From NCBI GenBank assembly GCA_003990765.1, contig RBNJ01000333.1, forward strand, positions 1-32,813: 32,813 nucleotides of DNA. The letters run 5' to 3'. This document shows, piece by piece, positions 10,140-21,697 of this stretch. The position numbers and the translations under genes are program-made. The stretch comes from Jimgerdemannia flammicorona (lineage: Eukaryota). Within the stretch, counting starts at the first letter, position 1. Every line of letters starts with the position of its first letter. Below the pieces are notes generated by a model, which searched no databases, had not been told where the DNA came from, and saw nothing but the letters and a program-made list of their open reading frames with translations.

Positions 10140-13100
10140 GCCGCTGGGCGTGTCGTTGGAGCTGCTGCGGGGATCGTAGTGCTAGAAGTGGCGTAGCATT
10201 TCGCGGCAGCAGCAGCATGGATCGTTGCGGAAACAACCATGGCACGTCACTGTAGTTGTGGCAGGGCTCATAGTTATAGAAGCGGTGGGACCCGTCGTGA
10301 CAGCTACCGCGGGGTGGGTTTCCTTTCAGTCGTGGGGCGTGTCGTAGTAGCAGTAGCGGTGCTTGTCATGGTAGGACCCGCGGGACGCGTAGTGTTAGCA
10401 GCCGAGGGCGCGTCGTAGAAGCGTCAAAGGGATGGTCTTCCGTGATAGCGGTCGTGGGGCGCGTCGTTGGAGCTGGGGCGGGGATCTTAGTGCTAGAAGC
10501 GGCGTAGCGCTTCGAGGGTAGCATCTGCATGGCTCGTTGTGGAAACAACCATGGCCACGTCGCTGTAGTGGTGGCAGGGCTCGTAGTTATAGGAGCGGTG
10601 GGACGTGTCGTGGCAGCTGTCGTAGGGTACGTTGTTCTTGTAGCCGTGTGTCGTAGTAGCAGTAGCGGAGCCTGTCGTGGTAGGACCCGCGGGACGCGAC
10701 GTGTTAGCACCTGCGCGCGAGTCGTAAAATCATCACAGGGACGGTCTTGCATGATAGCGGGCGTGGGACATTCGGCGTTGTGCTTCGAGGTAGCAGCCGC
10801 ATGGCTCGTTGTGGAAACAACCACGGGCACGTAGCTGTAGTAGTGGCAAGGCTGGTAGAGAAGTGGTGGGATGCGTCGTGGCAGCTGCCGCAGGGTGCGT
10901 TGTCCTTGCAGCTGTCGGGCTTGTCCTGGTAGGACCCGCGGGACGCGACGTGTTATGAGCTGCGGGCGCGTCGCACAATCTTCAAAGGGACGGTCTTGCG
11001 TGATAGCGGCCGTGGGACGCATCGTTGGATCTGCGGCAGTGCGCTTCGAGGTAGCATCTGCATGGCCCGATGTGAAAATAACCACGGCCACGTCGCTGTA
11101 GTGGTGGCAGGGCGCGTAGTTACGGAAGCGGTGGGACGTGTCGTGGCAGTTACCGCAGGGTGCGTTTTTCTTGTAGCCCTGTCATATCGTAGTAGCAGTA
11201 GAGGTCCGTGTCGTGGTAGGACCCGCGGGACACGGCAAATTATCAGCGGCGGGTGCGTCGTAGAAGCGGCCGTAGGGCGCGTCATAGAAGCATCAAATGG
11301 GCGGTCTTGCATGATAGCGGCCGTGGGGCGCGTCATAGAAGCGTCAAATGGGCGGTCTTGCGTGATAGCGGCCGCGGGGCGCGTCGTTGGAGTTGCGACG
11401 GGGATCATAGTGCTAGAAGCGGCGTAGCGTTTCGTGGTAGCATCTGCATGGCTCGTTGTGGAAGCAACCACGGCCACGGCTGTAGTGGTGGCAGGGCTCG
11501 TAGTTATAGAAGCGGTGGGACGTGTCGTGGCAGCTCGTTGTTCTTGTAGCCGTGGGGCATGTCGTAGTAGCAGTAGCAATGCGTGTCGTGGTAGGACCCC
11601 CGTAGGACGCGACGTGTTAGCAACTGCGGGCGCGTCGTAAAATCATCAAAGGCACGGTCTTACGTGATAGCGGCCCTAGGACACCTGCGGTGTTGCGCTT
11701 CGAGGTAGCAGCTGCATGGCTCGGTGTGGAAACAACCACGGGCACGTCGCTGTAGTGGCGGCAGGGCTCGTAGTTATAGAAGCGGTGGGACGTGTCGTGG
11801 CAGCTGCCGTAGGGTACATTGCTCCTGTAGCCGTGGGGCATGTCGTAGTAGCAGTAGCGGTGCGTGTCGTGGTAAAATAATCAAAGGGACGGTCTTGCAG
11901 GATAGCGGGCGTGGGACGCGTCGTTGGATCGGCGGCGTTGCGCTTCGAGGTAGCAGCCGCTTGGCTCGTTATGGAAACAACCACGGGCACGTCGCTGTAG
12001 TGGTGGCAGGGCTCATAGTTATAGAAGCGGTGGGACGTGTCGTGGGAACTGCCGTAGGGTGCGTTGTTCTTAAAGCCTGGGGCATGTCGAGTAGCAGTAG
12101 CGGTCCGTGTCTTGGTAGGACCCACGGGACGCGGCATGTTATCAGCCGCGGGTGCGTCGTAGAAGCGGCCGTGGGGCGCGTCATAGAAGCATCAAATGGG
12201 CGGTCTTGGTTGATAGCGGTCGTAGGACTTGCGGGGGGATATTAGTGCTAGAAGGGCGTAGCGGTTCGAGGGTAGCATCTGCATAGCTCGTTGTGGGGCC
12301 ACGTCGCTGTAGTGGTGGCAGGGCTCGTAGTTAGAGAAGCGGTGGGACGTGTCGTGGTAGCTGTCGTAGGGTGCGTTGTTCTTGTAGTTGTGGGGCATGT
12401 CGTAGTAGCAGGAGCGGTGCGTGTAGTAGTAGGACCCGCGGGACGCGGCTTGTTATCAGCCCTGGGCGGGGCGTAGAAGCGGCCGCAGGGCGCGTCATAG
12501 AAACATCAAAAAGACGGTCTTGCTGATAGAGCATCGTTGGAGCTGCGGCGGGGGTAGTAGTGCTAGAAGCGGCGTTGCGCTTCGAGGTAGCAGCCGCATG
12601 GCTCGTTGTGGAAACAACCAGGGTACGTCGTTGTAGTGGTGGCGGGGCTCGTAGTTATAGAAGCGGTAGGACGTGGCGTGACAGCTGCCGTGGGTGCGTT
12701 GTTCTTGAAGCCGTGGGGCATGTCGTAGTAGCAGTAGCGGCGCGTGTCGTGGTAGGACCCGCGTGTTAGCAACTGCGCGCGCGTCGTAAAATCATCAAAG
12801 GGACGGTCTTGCGTGATAGTGGGCGTGGGACGCGTCGTTGGACCTTCGGCATTGCGAGGAAACAACCACGGGCACGTCGCTGTAGTGGTGGCAGGGCTCG
12901 TAGTTATGGAAGCGGTGGGACGTGTCGTGGCAGCTGCCGCAGGGTGCGTTTTTCTTGTAGCCCTGGATCATGTCGTAGTAGCAGTAGAAGTCCGTGTCGT
13001 GGTAGGACCCGCGGGACACGGCATGTTATCAGCGGCGGGTGCGGCGTAGAATCGGCCGTGGGGCGCGTCATAGAAGCATCAAATGGGCGATCTTGCGTGA

Positions 13101-16100
13101 TAGCGGCCGTGGGACGCATCGTTGGAGTTGTGGCGGGGATCTTAGTGCTAGAAGCGGCGTAGCGTTTCGAGGTAGCATCTGCATGGCTCGTTGTGGAAAC
13201 AACCACGGGCACGTCGCTGTAATGGTGGCAGGGCTCGTAGTTATAGGAGCGGTGGGGCGTGTCGTGGCAGCTGCCGTAGGGTACGATGTTCTTGTAGCCG
13301 TGGGGTGTGTCGTAGTAGCAGTAGCGGTGCGTGTCGTGTTAGCAGCTGCGGGCGCGTCGTAAAATCATTTTAGAATGGTCTTGCGGGATAGCGGGCGTGG
13401 GACGCGTCGTTGGATCGGCGGCGTTGCGCTTCGAGGTAGCAGCCGCTTGGCTCGTTGTGGAAACAACCACAAGCACGTCGCTTTAGTGGTGGCAGGGCTC
13501 GTAGTTATAGAAGAGGTGGGACGTGTCATGGGAACTGCCGTAGGGTGCGTTGTTCTTGAAGCCGTGGGGCATGTCGTAGTAGCTATAGCGGTCCGTGTCT
13601 TGGTAGGACCCGCGGGACGCGGCATGTTATCAGCCGCGGGCGCGTCGTAGAAGCGGCCGTAGGGCGCGTCATAGAAGCATCAAATGGGCGGTCTTGCGTG
13701 ATAGCGGCCGTGGGACGCGTCGTTGGAACTGCGGTGGGGATTGCGGCGTTGCCCTTCGATGTAGCAGCCGCATGGCTCGTTGTGTAAACAACCATGGGCA
13801 CGTAGCTATAATGGTAGAAGGGCTCGTAGATATGGAAGTGGCGGGATGCGCCATGGCAGCTGCCGCAGAGTGCGTTGTCCTTGTAGCCCTAGGGCGTGTC
13901 GTAGTAGCAGTAGCGCTGCGTGTCGTGGTAAGACCCGCGGGACGCGACGTATTAGCAGCCGCGGGCGCATCGTAAAATCATCAATGGGACGGTCTTGCCA
14001 TGGGATGCGTAATTGTATCTGCGGCGGGGATGGTAGTGCTAGAAGCGGCGTTGCGCTTCGAGGTAGCAGCCGTATGGCTCGTTGTGGAAACAACCGCGGG
14101 CACGTCGCTGTAGTGGTGGCAGGGCTCGTAGTTAGAGAAGCGGTGGGACGTGTCGTGGTAGCTGTCGTAGGGTGCGTTGTTCTTGTAGTTGGGGGCATGT
14201 CGTAGTAGCAGGAGCGGTGCGTGTAGTAGTAGGACCCGCGGGACGCGGCGTGTTATCAGCCCTGGGCGTGTCGTAGAAGCGGCCGCAGGGCGCGTCATAG
14301 AAATATCAAAGAGACGCTCTTGCTGATAGAGCATCGTTGGAGCTACGGCGGGGGTAGTAGTGCTAGAAGCGGCGTTGCGCTTCGAGGTAGCAGCCGCATG
14401 GCTCGTTGTGGAAACAACCAGGGTACGTCGTTGTAGTGGTGGCGGGGCTCGTAGTTATAGAAGTGGTAGGATGTGGCGTGGGTGCGTTGTTCTTGTAGCC
14501 GTGGGGCATGTCGTAGTAGCAGTAGCGTGTTAGCAGCTGCGCGCGCGTCGTAAAATCATCAAAGGGACGGTCTTGCGTGATAGTGGGCGTGGGACGCGTC
14601 GCTGGACCTTCGGCATTGCGCTTCGAGGAAACAACCACGGGCACGTCGCTGTAGTGGTGGCAGGGCTCGTAGTTAGAGAAGCGGTGGGATGTGTCGTGGT
14701 AGCTGTCGTAGGGTGCGTTGTTCTTGTAGTTGTGGGGCATGTCGTAGTAGCAGGAGCGGTGCGTGTAGTAGTAGGACCCACGGGACGCGGCGTGTTATCA
14801 GCCCTGGGCGCGTCGTAGAAGCGGCCGCAGGGCGCGTCATGGAAACATCAAAGAGACGGTCTTGCTGATAGAGCATCGTTGGAGCTGCGGCGGGGGTAGT
14901 AGTGCTAGAAGCGGCGTTGCGCTTCGAGGTAGCAGCCCCATGGCTCGTTGTGGAAACAACCAGGGTACGTCGTTGTAGTGGTGGCGGGGCTCGTAGTTAT
15001 AGAAGCGGTAGGATGTGGCGTGACAGCTGCCGTGGGTGCGTTGTTCTGGTAGCGTCGTAGTAGCAGTAGCGCGTTAGCAGCTGCGCGCGCGTCGTAAAAT
15101 CATCAAAGGGACGGTCTTGCGTGATAGTGGGCGTGGGACGCGTCGCTGAACCTTCGGCATTGCGCTTCGAGGAAACAACCACGGGCACGTCGCTGTAGTG
15201 GTGGTAGGGCTCGTAGTTATGGAAGCGGTGGGACGTGTCGTGGCAGCTGCCGCAGGGTGCGTTTTTCTTGTAGCCCTGCATCATGTCGTAGTAGCAGTAG
15301 AAGTCCGTGTCGTGGTAGGACCCGCGGGACACGGCATGTTATCAGCGGCGGGTGCGGCGTAGAATCGGCCGTGGGACGCATCGTTGGAGTTGTGGCGGGG
15401 ATCTTAGTGCTAGAAGCGGCGGAGTGTTTCGAGGTAGCATCTGCATGGCTCGTTGTGGAAACAACCACGGGCACATCGCTGTAGTGGTGGCAGGGCTCGT
15501 AGTTATAGAAGCGTTGGGACGTGTCGTGGCAGCTGCCGTAGGGTACGATGTTCTTGTAGCCGTGGGGTGTGTCGTAGTAGCAGTAGCGGTGCGTGTCGTG
15601 TTAGCAGCTGCGGGCGCGTCGTAAAATCATCAAAAGAATGGTCTTGCGGGATAGCGGGCGTGGGACGCGTCGTTGGATCGGCGGCGTTGCGCTCCGAGGT
15701 AGCAGCCGCTTGGCTCGTTGTGGAAACAACCACGAGCACGTCGCTTTAGTGGTGGCAAGGCTCGTAGTTATAGAAGAGGTGGGACGTGTCATGATAACTG
15801 CCGTAGGGCGCGTTGTTCTTGAAGCCGTGGGGCATGTCGTAGTAGCTGTAGCGGTCCGTGTCTTGGTAGGACCCGCGAGACGCGTCGTAGAAGCGGCCGT
15901 AGGGCGCGTCATAGAAGCATCAAATGGGCGGTCTTGCGTGATAGCGGCCGTGGGACGCGTCGTTGGAACTGCGGTGGGGATAGCGGCGTTGCCCTTCGAG
16001 GTAGCAGCCGCATGGCTCGTTGTGTAAACATCCATGGGCACGTAGCTATAATGGTAGTAGGGCTCGTAGATATAGAAGTGGTGGGATGCGCCGTGGCAGC

Positions 16101-16910
16101 TGCCGCAGAGTGCGTTGTCCTTGTAGCCCTAGGGCGTGTCGTAGTAGCAGTAGCGCTGCGTGTCGTGGTAAGACCCGCGGGACGCGACGTATTAGCAGCC
16201 GCGGGCGCATCGTAAAATCATCAATGGGACGGTCTTGCCATGGGTTGCGTAATTGTATCTGTGGCGGGGATGGTAGTGCTAGAAGCGGCGTTGCGCTTCG
16301 AGGTAGCAGCCGCATGGCTCGTTGTGGAAACAACCGCGGGCACGCCGCTGTAGTGGTGGCAGGGCTCGTAGTTAGAGAAGCGGTGGGACGTGTCGTGGTA
16401 GCTGTCGTTCTTGTAGCTGTGGGGCATGTCGTAGTAGCAGGAGCGGTGCGTGTAGTAGTGGGACTCGCGGGACGTCAGCCCCGGGCGCGTCGTAGAAGCG
16501 GCCGCAGGGCGCGTCATAGAAAGATCAAAGGGACGGTCTTGCTGATAGCGCGTCGTTGGAGCTGCGGCGGGGGTAGTAGTTCTAGAAGCGGCGTTGCGCT
16601 TCGAGGTAGCAGCCGTATGGCTCGTTGTGGAAACAACCATGGATACGTCGTTGTAGTGGTGGCGGGGCTCGTAGTTAGATAAGCGGTAGGACGTGGCGTG
16701 GCAGCCGCCGAGGGTGCGTTGTTCTTGTAGCCGTGGGGCATGTCGTAGTAGCAGTAGCGGCGCGTGTCGTGGTAGGACCCGCTGGACGCGGCGTGTTAGC
16801 AGCCGCGGGCGCGTCGTAGAAGCGGCCGTGGGGCGCGTCATAGAAGCACCAAATAGACGGTCTTGTGTGATAGCGGCCGTGGGACGTGTCGTAGAAGCAT
16901 CCAAGGGACG
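10140..16910. repeat. CpG-rich satellite, ~23 monomers of ~220-390 bp built from ~24-bp subunits, with a ~1.8-2.3 kb higher-order repeat
   Basis: The anchor ggctcgttgtggaaacaacc recurs roughly every 300 bp (about 10229, 10541, 10813...16629). Diagnostic variant monomers recur at 13781 and 16021, and at about 12300, 14100, 14642 and 16340. Confidence 0.95.
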
Positions 16911-17647
16911 ATCTGGCGTGGTGGAGTGCGTTGCGATACGGCCCACGGGGAGTGGCGTAGTAGGATTGCCTTGAGTAGTGGAGCGCGTCACGGTGGAGAG
17001 CGTCGTGGTGGAACGCATCGTGGTGAAGGGCGTTGTGAAAGGGCCCGCGCGGGGCGCGACGTAGTAGCAGTCACGGAACGGCCGTGAGTGGTAAAGCGAG
17101 GGCGTCGTGGTGGGACGCGTCGTGGCAGAGCAGCGGCTGGACCTTCTGTGATGGTGGAGCGCGTGGAAGTTGTACGAAATTTGGGATCTTGTCGTTGGGG
17201 TGTTATGAGTAGAGGCTATTGGGAAGACAAGAAGGGTGTAGAATAATCTTGATACCGAACGCGAACCATATACAAATTCTGTTGCCACTGATTTCCTCGT
17301 TGACGTCACCATGATCCTGCCAACACAGTGGCTGAGAGCCCACGTACTGAAGTTACATTTGACTTGGAAAGATGACGATTTGTCCCTGACATTCATATAA
17401 TTTGCACGAGGAGTATCCGATGGGTTCTACTTTCCCATCAACATGCGAAATGACGCTAGTAGGAAAACCTAATCCCCACTGATCAGGTTATAAATATTAA
17501 ATATATAATATTAACTAAAAATATATAGTGGGTTATAAAGAGAAAAAAAAAAAATCGAAATACTTTAATCCGATTATTAGATGCGGAATCTTCAAGATAT
17601 TCCGATTTGCTTGGTTACGGTTGTGCGATTCCAATGACTAAATCAAA

Positions 17648-17700
17648 AAAATAAAATAAAATAAAATAAAATAAAATAAAATAAAATAAAATAAAAAAAA
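17648..17700 (+). repeat. (AAAAT)n microsatellite
   Basis: About 9 perfect pentamers flanked by A-runs. Confidence 0.95.
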
Positions 17701-18209
17701 TACATGGAACCGGTTTGCGTGGTTTTTTAATTTAGTATTGCTTGCGACGTGGCTGCCACGCGAGGCCGAGGCCAACAGACTTGGCGCTGGTCACTGACAC
17801 ATACGCGAAATAAGGCCTTGTATGGCAATTGTCACGCAACATAGAACATTCGTATATTTTGATATGTCTGTACATGTATTCGTCAACTGATTTAATATAG
17901 CAAAAACCCAGAGAATTCTTGCCAGACTTGTCACTGTCCATCGACCATCTAAACCGCAGGATTGAAATTGGACAATGTTGGTTAACGCCCTTGTATTGTA
18001 ATATCCCGTGAGAAGTCACGTGTTAATAATGCCGTTGCACAAACGCAATAGGTTTTCTTGCTTTTTTTTCATGTCTTACATACGCCACAGTTTTTCCGGC
18101 TCATATTCCCAAGACGCTGGCTGCCACCCTTCGCTAAGTCTTCGGCCTCAATTGCTGGCACTCAACGTTCAAGCGCGGAATTAATTGCTGCGACTAAAAA
18201 CATCTGCGA

Positions 18210-18340
18210 TAATGCAATGACATAGTCACGTTACACGGTCTGATCTTTTTTAGAGAGCGTGAATGTGGCAATGATGCAATAACAGTCACGTTCCACCCTC
18301 ACGTTACACAGTCAGATCCCTTTTTAGAGAGCGCGAATGT
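18210..18340 (+). repeat. Short imperfect tandem duplication
   Basis: atgcaat..ca.agtcacgtt(...)acac.gtc.gatc.tttttagagagcg.gaatgt occurs twice. Confidence 0.8.
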
Positions 18341-18409
18341 CATAGAAGCGAAAAAGGTGCTTTTTAGTTAGAAATCATACTCTTATGCGACTGTGACCAG
18401 CCTTTTACT

Positions 18410-19760
18410 GCTTTTCGAAAGTGGAAACGCTTGCGAAAATTAACGTGTTTCCGACCCCCTTTCCAAAACAAGCTTTTCGGATCTATGTAGGAAAGAAATT
18501 AGCTCTAGATTTCGAGTACTACGTGGTAACAGACGAGTCTTGTTGACCAAGGGAGAGTCATCTCTCGGGGAATTCATGCTTAGTTTTTGATACGGCTTAT
18601 TTACGTATCTTTTGGTATTGCCGGCTAGAGTGGTTCCTGAAGGACTTTGGCGTTCGCCTTGAAGGCCGGAAGAAATCGTTGGCTTTACCATGGGTTTTAA
18701 CCCTCCTTGACGAAGCAAGCCGTAGAGCGAAGCGTGGCTCACTTTTGAGCCTGACGTTATGACTCCGGTGGGGCTTCCTTTCATTTAAAGATTCGCTGGA
18801 AGCTTTCGAAAGTGGAAACGCTTGCCTAAATCAACGTGCTTCCGACCACCTTTCGAAAATCAAGCTTTTCGGATCTATAAAGGAAAGAAATTAGCTCTAG
18901 ATTTCGAGTACTCAGTGGTAACAGACGAATCTTGTTTACCAAGGGAGAGTCATCTCTCGGGGAATTCATGCATTAGTTTTTTATACCGCTTAGGAAGGAA
19001 AGAAATTAGCTCTAGATTTCGAGTACTTGGTGGTAACAGACGAATCTTGTTGACCAAGGGAGAGTCATCTCTCGGGGAATTCATGCATTTGTCTTTGATA
19101 CCGCTTATTTACGTAACTTTTGGTATTGCCGGCTAGAGTTCTTCCTTAAGGTTTTTGGCGTTCGCTTTGAAGGCCGGAAGAAATCGTTGGCTTTACCATG
19201 GTTTTTAACCCTCCTTGACGAAGCAAGCCGTAGAGGGAAGCGTGGCTCACTTTTGAGCCTGACGTTATGACTCCGGTGGGGCTTCCTTTCATTTAAAGAT
19301 TCGCTGGAAGCTTTCGAAAGTGGAAACGCTTGCCAAAATCAACGTGTTTCCGACCCCCTTTCCAAAATCAAGCTTTTCGGATCTATAAAGGAAAGAAATT
19401 AGCTCTAGATTTCGAGTACTCAGTGGTAACAGGATACCGCTTAGGAAGGAAAGAAATTAGCTCTAGATTTCGAGTACTTGGTGGTAACAGACGAATCTTG
19501 TTGACCAAGGGAGAGTCATCTCTCGGGGAATTCATGCATTTGTTTTTGATACCGCTTATTTACGTAACTTTTGGTATTGCCGGCTAGAGTGCTTCCTGAA
19601 GGTTTTTGGCGTTCGCTTTGAAGGCCGGAAGAAATCGTTGGCTTTACCATGGTTATTAACCCTCCTTGACGAAGCAAGCCGTAGAGGGAAGCGTGGCTCA
19701 CTTTTGAGCCTGACGCTATGACTCCGGTGGGGCTTCCTTACATTTAGAGATTCGCTCGAG
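18410..19760 (+). repeat. Three tandem ~390-510 bp units upstream of 18S; probable rDNA IGS/5'ETS subrepeats
   Basis: Units start with ctttcgaaagtggaaacgcttg at about 18411, 18802 and 19310 and are nearly identical. Units 2 and 3 carry an internal ~110-bp duplication, partly deleted in unit 3. The repeat is certain; the IGS/ETS identity is inferred from its position ~240 bp before the 18S start. Confidence 0.8.
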
Positions 19761-19994
19761 GCCTTTGGCGTTCGTTTGAAGGCCGGAAGTAGAACTCTCT
19801 CACTCGCTGTGCGAAGCGAAAGGATTTATTGCCCTTGGGCTTTTTGATCCTTTTTCTCTGCATACATTGGCATTCATTTTGTCAATGAAAAAGGATTGGA
19901 TAACTGCCGAGTGTGTCGGGTTTTCTCGATTGACTCGCTTTCGCTCATTTTTATGCGGAATTTTTTTCGCATATAAAAGAGAGAATATTGTAGT

Positions 19995-20899
19995 TACCTG
20001 ACTAAGCTATGCATGTCTAAGTATAATTAACTTTGGACTGTGAAACTGCGAATGGCTCATTAAATCAGTTATAGTTTATTTGATAATACCTTACTACTTG
20101 GATATCCGTAGTAATTCTAGAGCTACTAAATATATAAAATCCTGACTTCTGGAAGGGATGTATTTATTAGATAAAAACCTAATGCGGGCAACCGCTTCTT
20201 GGGTGATTCTTAATAACTATTCGAATCGTACTGCCTTGCGCGGACGATGATTCATTGCAAATTACTCAATCCCGATACGCCCTTTGGGGTCTTGTAAATC
20301 GGCATGGATACATAATTCGGGTTCCAGCAGCCGCGGTAATTCCAGCTTATGAAAGATGTTACAGTTAAAAAGCTCATAGGACCGGGCGGTCGGGCCTTCT
20401 GGTCCGTACTGCTTTGGGTTGGATGTTTAAAGACAGACATATGCTTGCATACATTGGCATGGAATAAATGGAATAGGACTTTGGTTCTATTTTGTTGGTT
20501 CTAGGACCTTTGTAACGATTAATAGAGATAGTTGGGGGCATTAGTATTTAATTGCCAGAGGTGAAATTCTTGGATTTATGAAAGACTAACTTCTGCGAAA
20601 GCATTTGCCAATTAAAGTTTGAGTTCCAAAGGAAGTATGTTCAAAAGGCTGAAACTTAAAGAAAATTGATATAAGGTTACAACCTTGGCCGAAAGGTCTT
20701 GGTAATATTTTGAAACTCCATCGTGCATTGGAGTTATTGCTCTTCATCGAGGAATTTCTAGTAAGCGCGAGTCATCTGCTCACGTTAACTACGTCCCTAA
20801 ACGACCTATTATCACTATCACAAATTGGATGGCTTATTGAGTGCCTCGAATCAACATCCAGAAGCTGGCAACAGCATCCGGGTTTTGAGAAGTTGGGCA
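19995..20899 (+). pseudogene. 18S rRNA: 18S (SSU) rRNA pseudogene collapsed to ~0.9 kb by multiple internal deletions
   Basis: Colinear conserved SSU blocks: tacctg, atgcatgtctaagtataa, gtgaaactgcgaatggctcattaaatcagtta, ccagcagccgcggtaattccagct, agaggtgaaattcttggattta, ctgcgaaagcatttgcca, ggctgaaacttaaag, ctagtaagcgcgagtcatc, gagaagttgggca. Confidence 0.95.
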
Positions 20900-20941
20900 G
20901 AACGCAGTGAAATGTGATAAGTAATGTGAATTGCAGAATTC
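20899..20941 (+). pseudogene. 5.8S rRNA: 5.8S rRNA core fragment fused directly to the truncated 18S (first copy)
   Basis: agaacgcagtgaaatgtgataagtaatgtgaattgcagaattc matches the fungal 5.8S core AGAACGCAGCGAAATGCGATAAGTAATGTGAATTGCAGAATTC with two C-to-T changes. Confidence 0.92.
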
Positions 20942-21697
20942 GAAAATGACATCCAAAATTTGGTTTGTTTGCTAGTCAGACAGCGCCAAATTATTGGGCT
21001 TTGGGCTTGCCGAATTTTATTTCGGCTGGCTTGAAATAATTTAACTACGTTTGTATAGGGTGGGCAGCAACAAATATCTTGTGTGATTTCAGAACGCAGT
21101 GAAATGTGATAAGCAATGTGAATTGCAGAATTCGAAAATGACATCCAAAATTTGGTTTGTTTGCTAGTCAGACAGCTCGCTTTGGGCTTGCCGAATTTTG
21201 TTTCGGCTGGCTTGAAATAGTTTAACTACGTTTGTATAGGGCGGGCAGCAACAAATATCTTGGGTGATTTCAGAACACAGTGAAATGTGAGAAGCAATGT
21301 GAATTGCAGAATTCGAAAATGACATCCAAAATTTGGTTTGTTTGCTAGTCAGACAGCGCCAAATTATTGGGCTTTGGGCTTGCCGAATTTTATTTCGACG
21401 TTTGTATAGGGCGGGCAGCAACTGACATCCAAAATTTAGTTTGTTTGCTAGTCAGACAGCGCCAAATTATTGGGCTTTGGGCTTGCCGAATTTTATTTCT
21501 ACGTTTGTATAGGGCGGGCAGCAACAAATATCTTGTGCTCTGATTTGCTTCGCTCAATCGAGACAAAAAGTAATGTGAATTGCAGAATTCGAAAATGGCA
21601 TCCAAAATTTGGTTTGTTTGCTAGTCAGACAGCGCCAAATTATTGGGCTTTGGGCTTGCCGAATTTTATTTCGGCTGGCTTGAAATAGTTTAACTAC

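Larger units (their letters stand above)
9040..17396 (-). pseudogene. Disrupted Thr/Pro/Ala-rich (mucin-like) gene whose repeat domain is expanded into a satellite
   Basis: ORF 17396..16221 runs from unique sequence into TTRPTAA repeats. ORF 10240..9584 runs out of the repeats into unique Ser/Thr-rich sequence on the same strand. The intervening units translate to Thr-rich peptides split by recurrent frameshifts. Confidence 0.55.

Noticed and set aside
10366..16974. Dozens of overlapping ORFs on both strands
   Set aside because: They are products of a GC-rich, stop-poor tandem repeat; the same peptides recur in shifting frames.
19995..20941. Functional rRNA operon
   Set aside because: About half of 18S is missing, conserved motifs are mutated, ITS1 is absent, 5.8S is a fragment and no 28S is seen.
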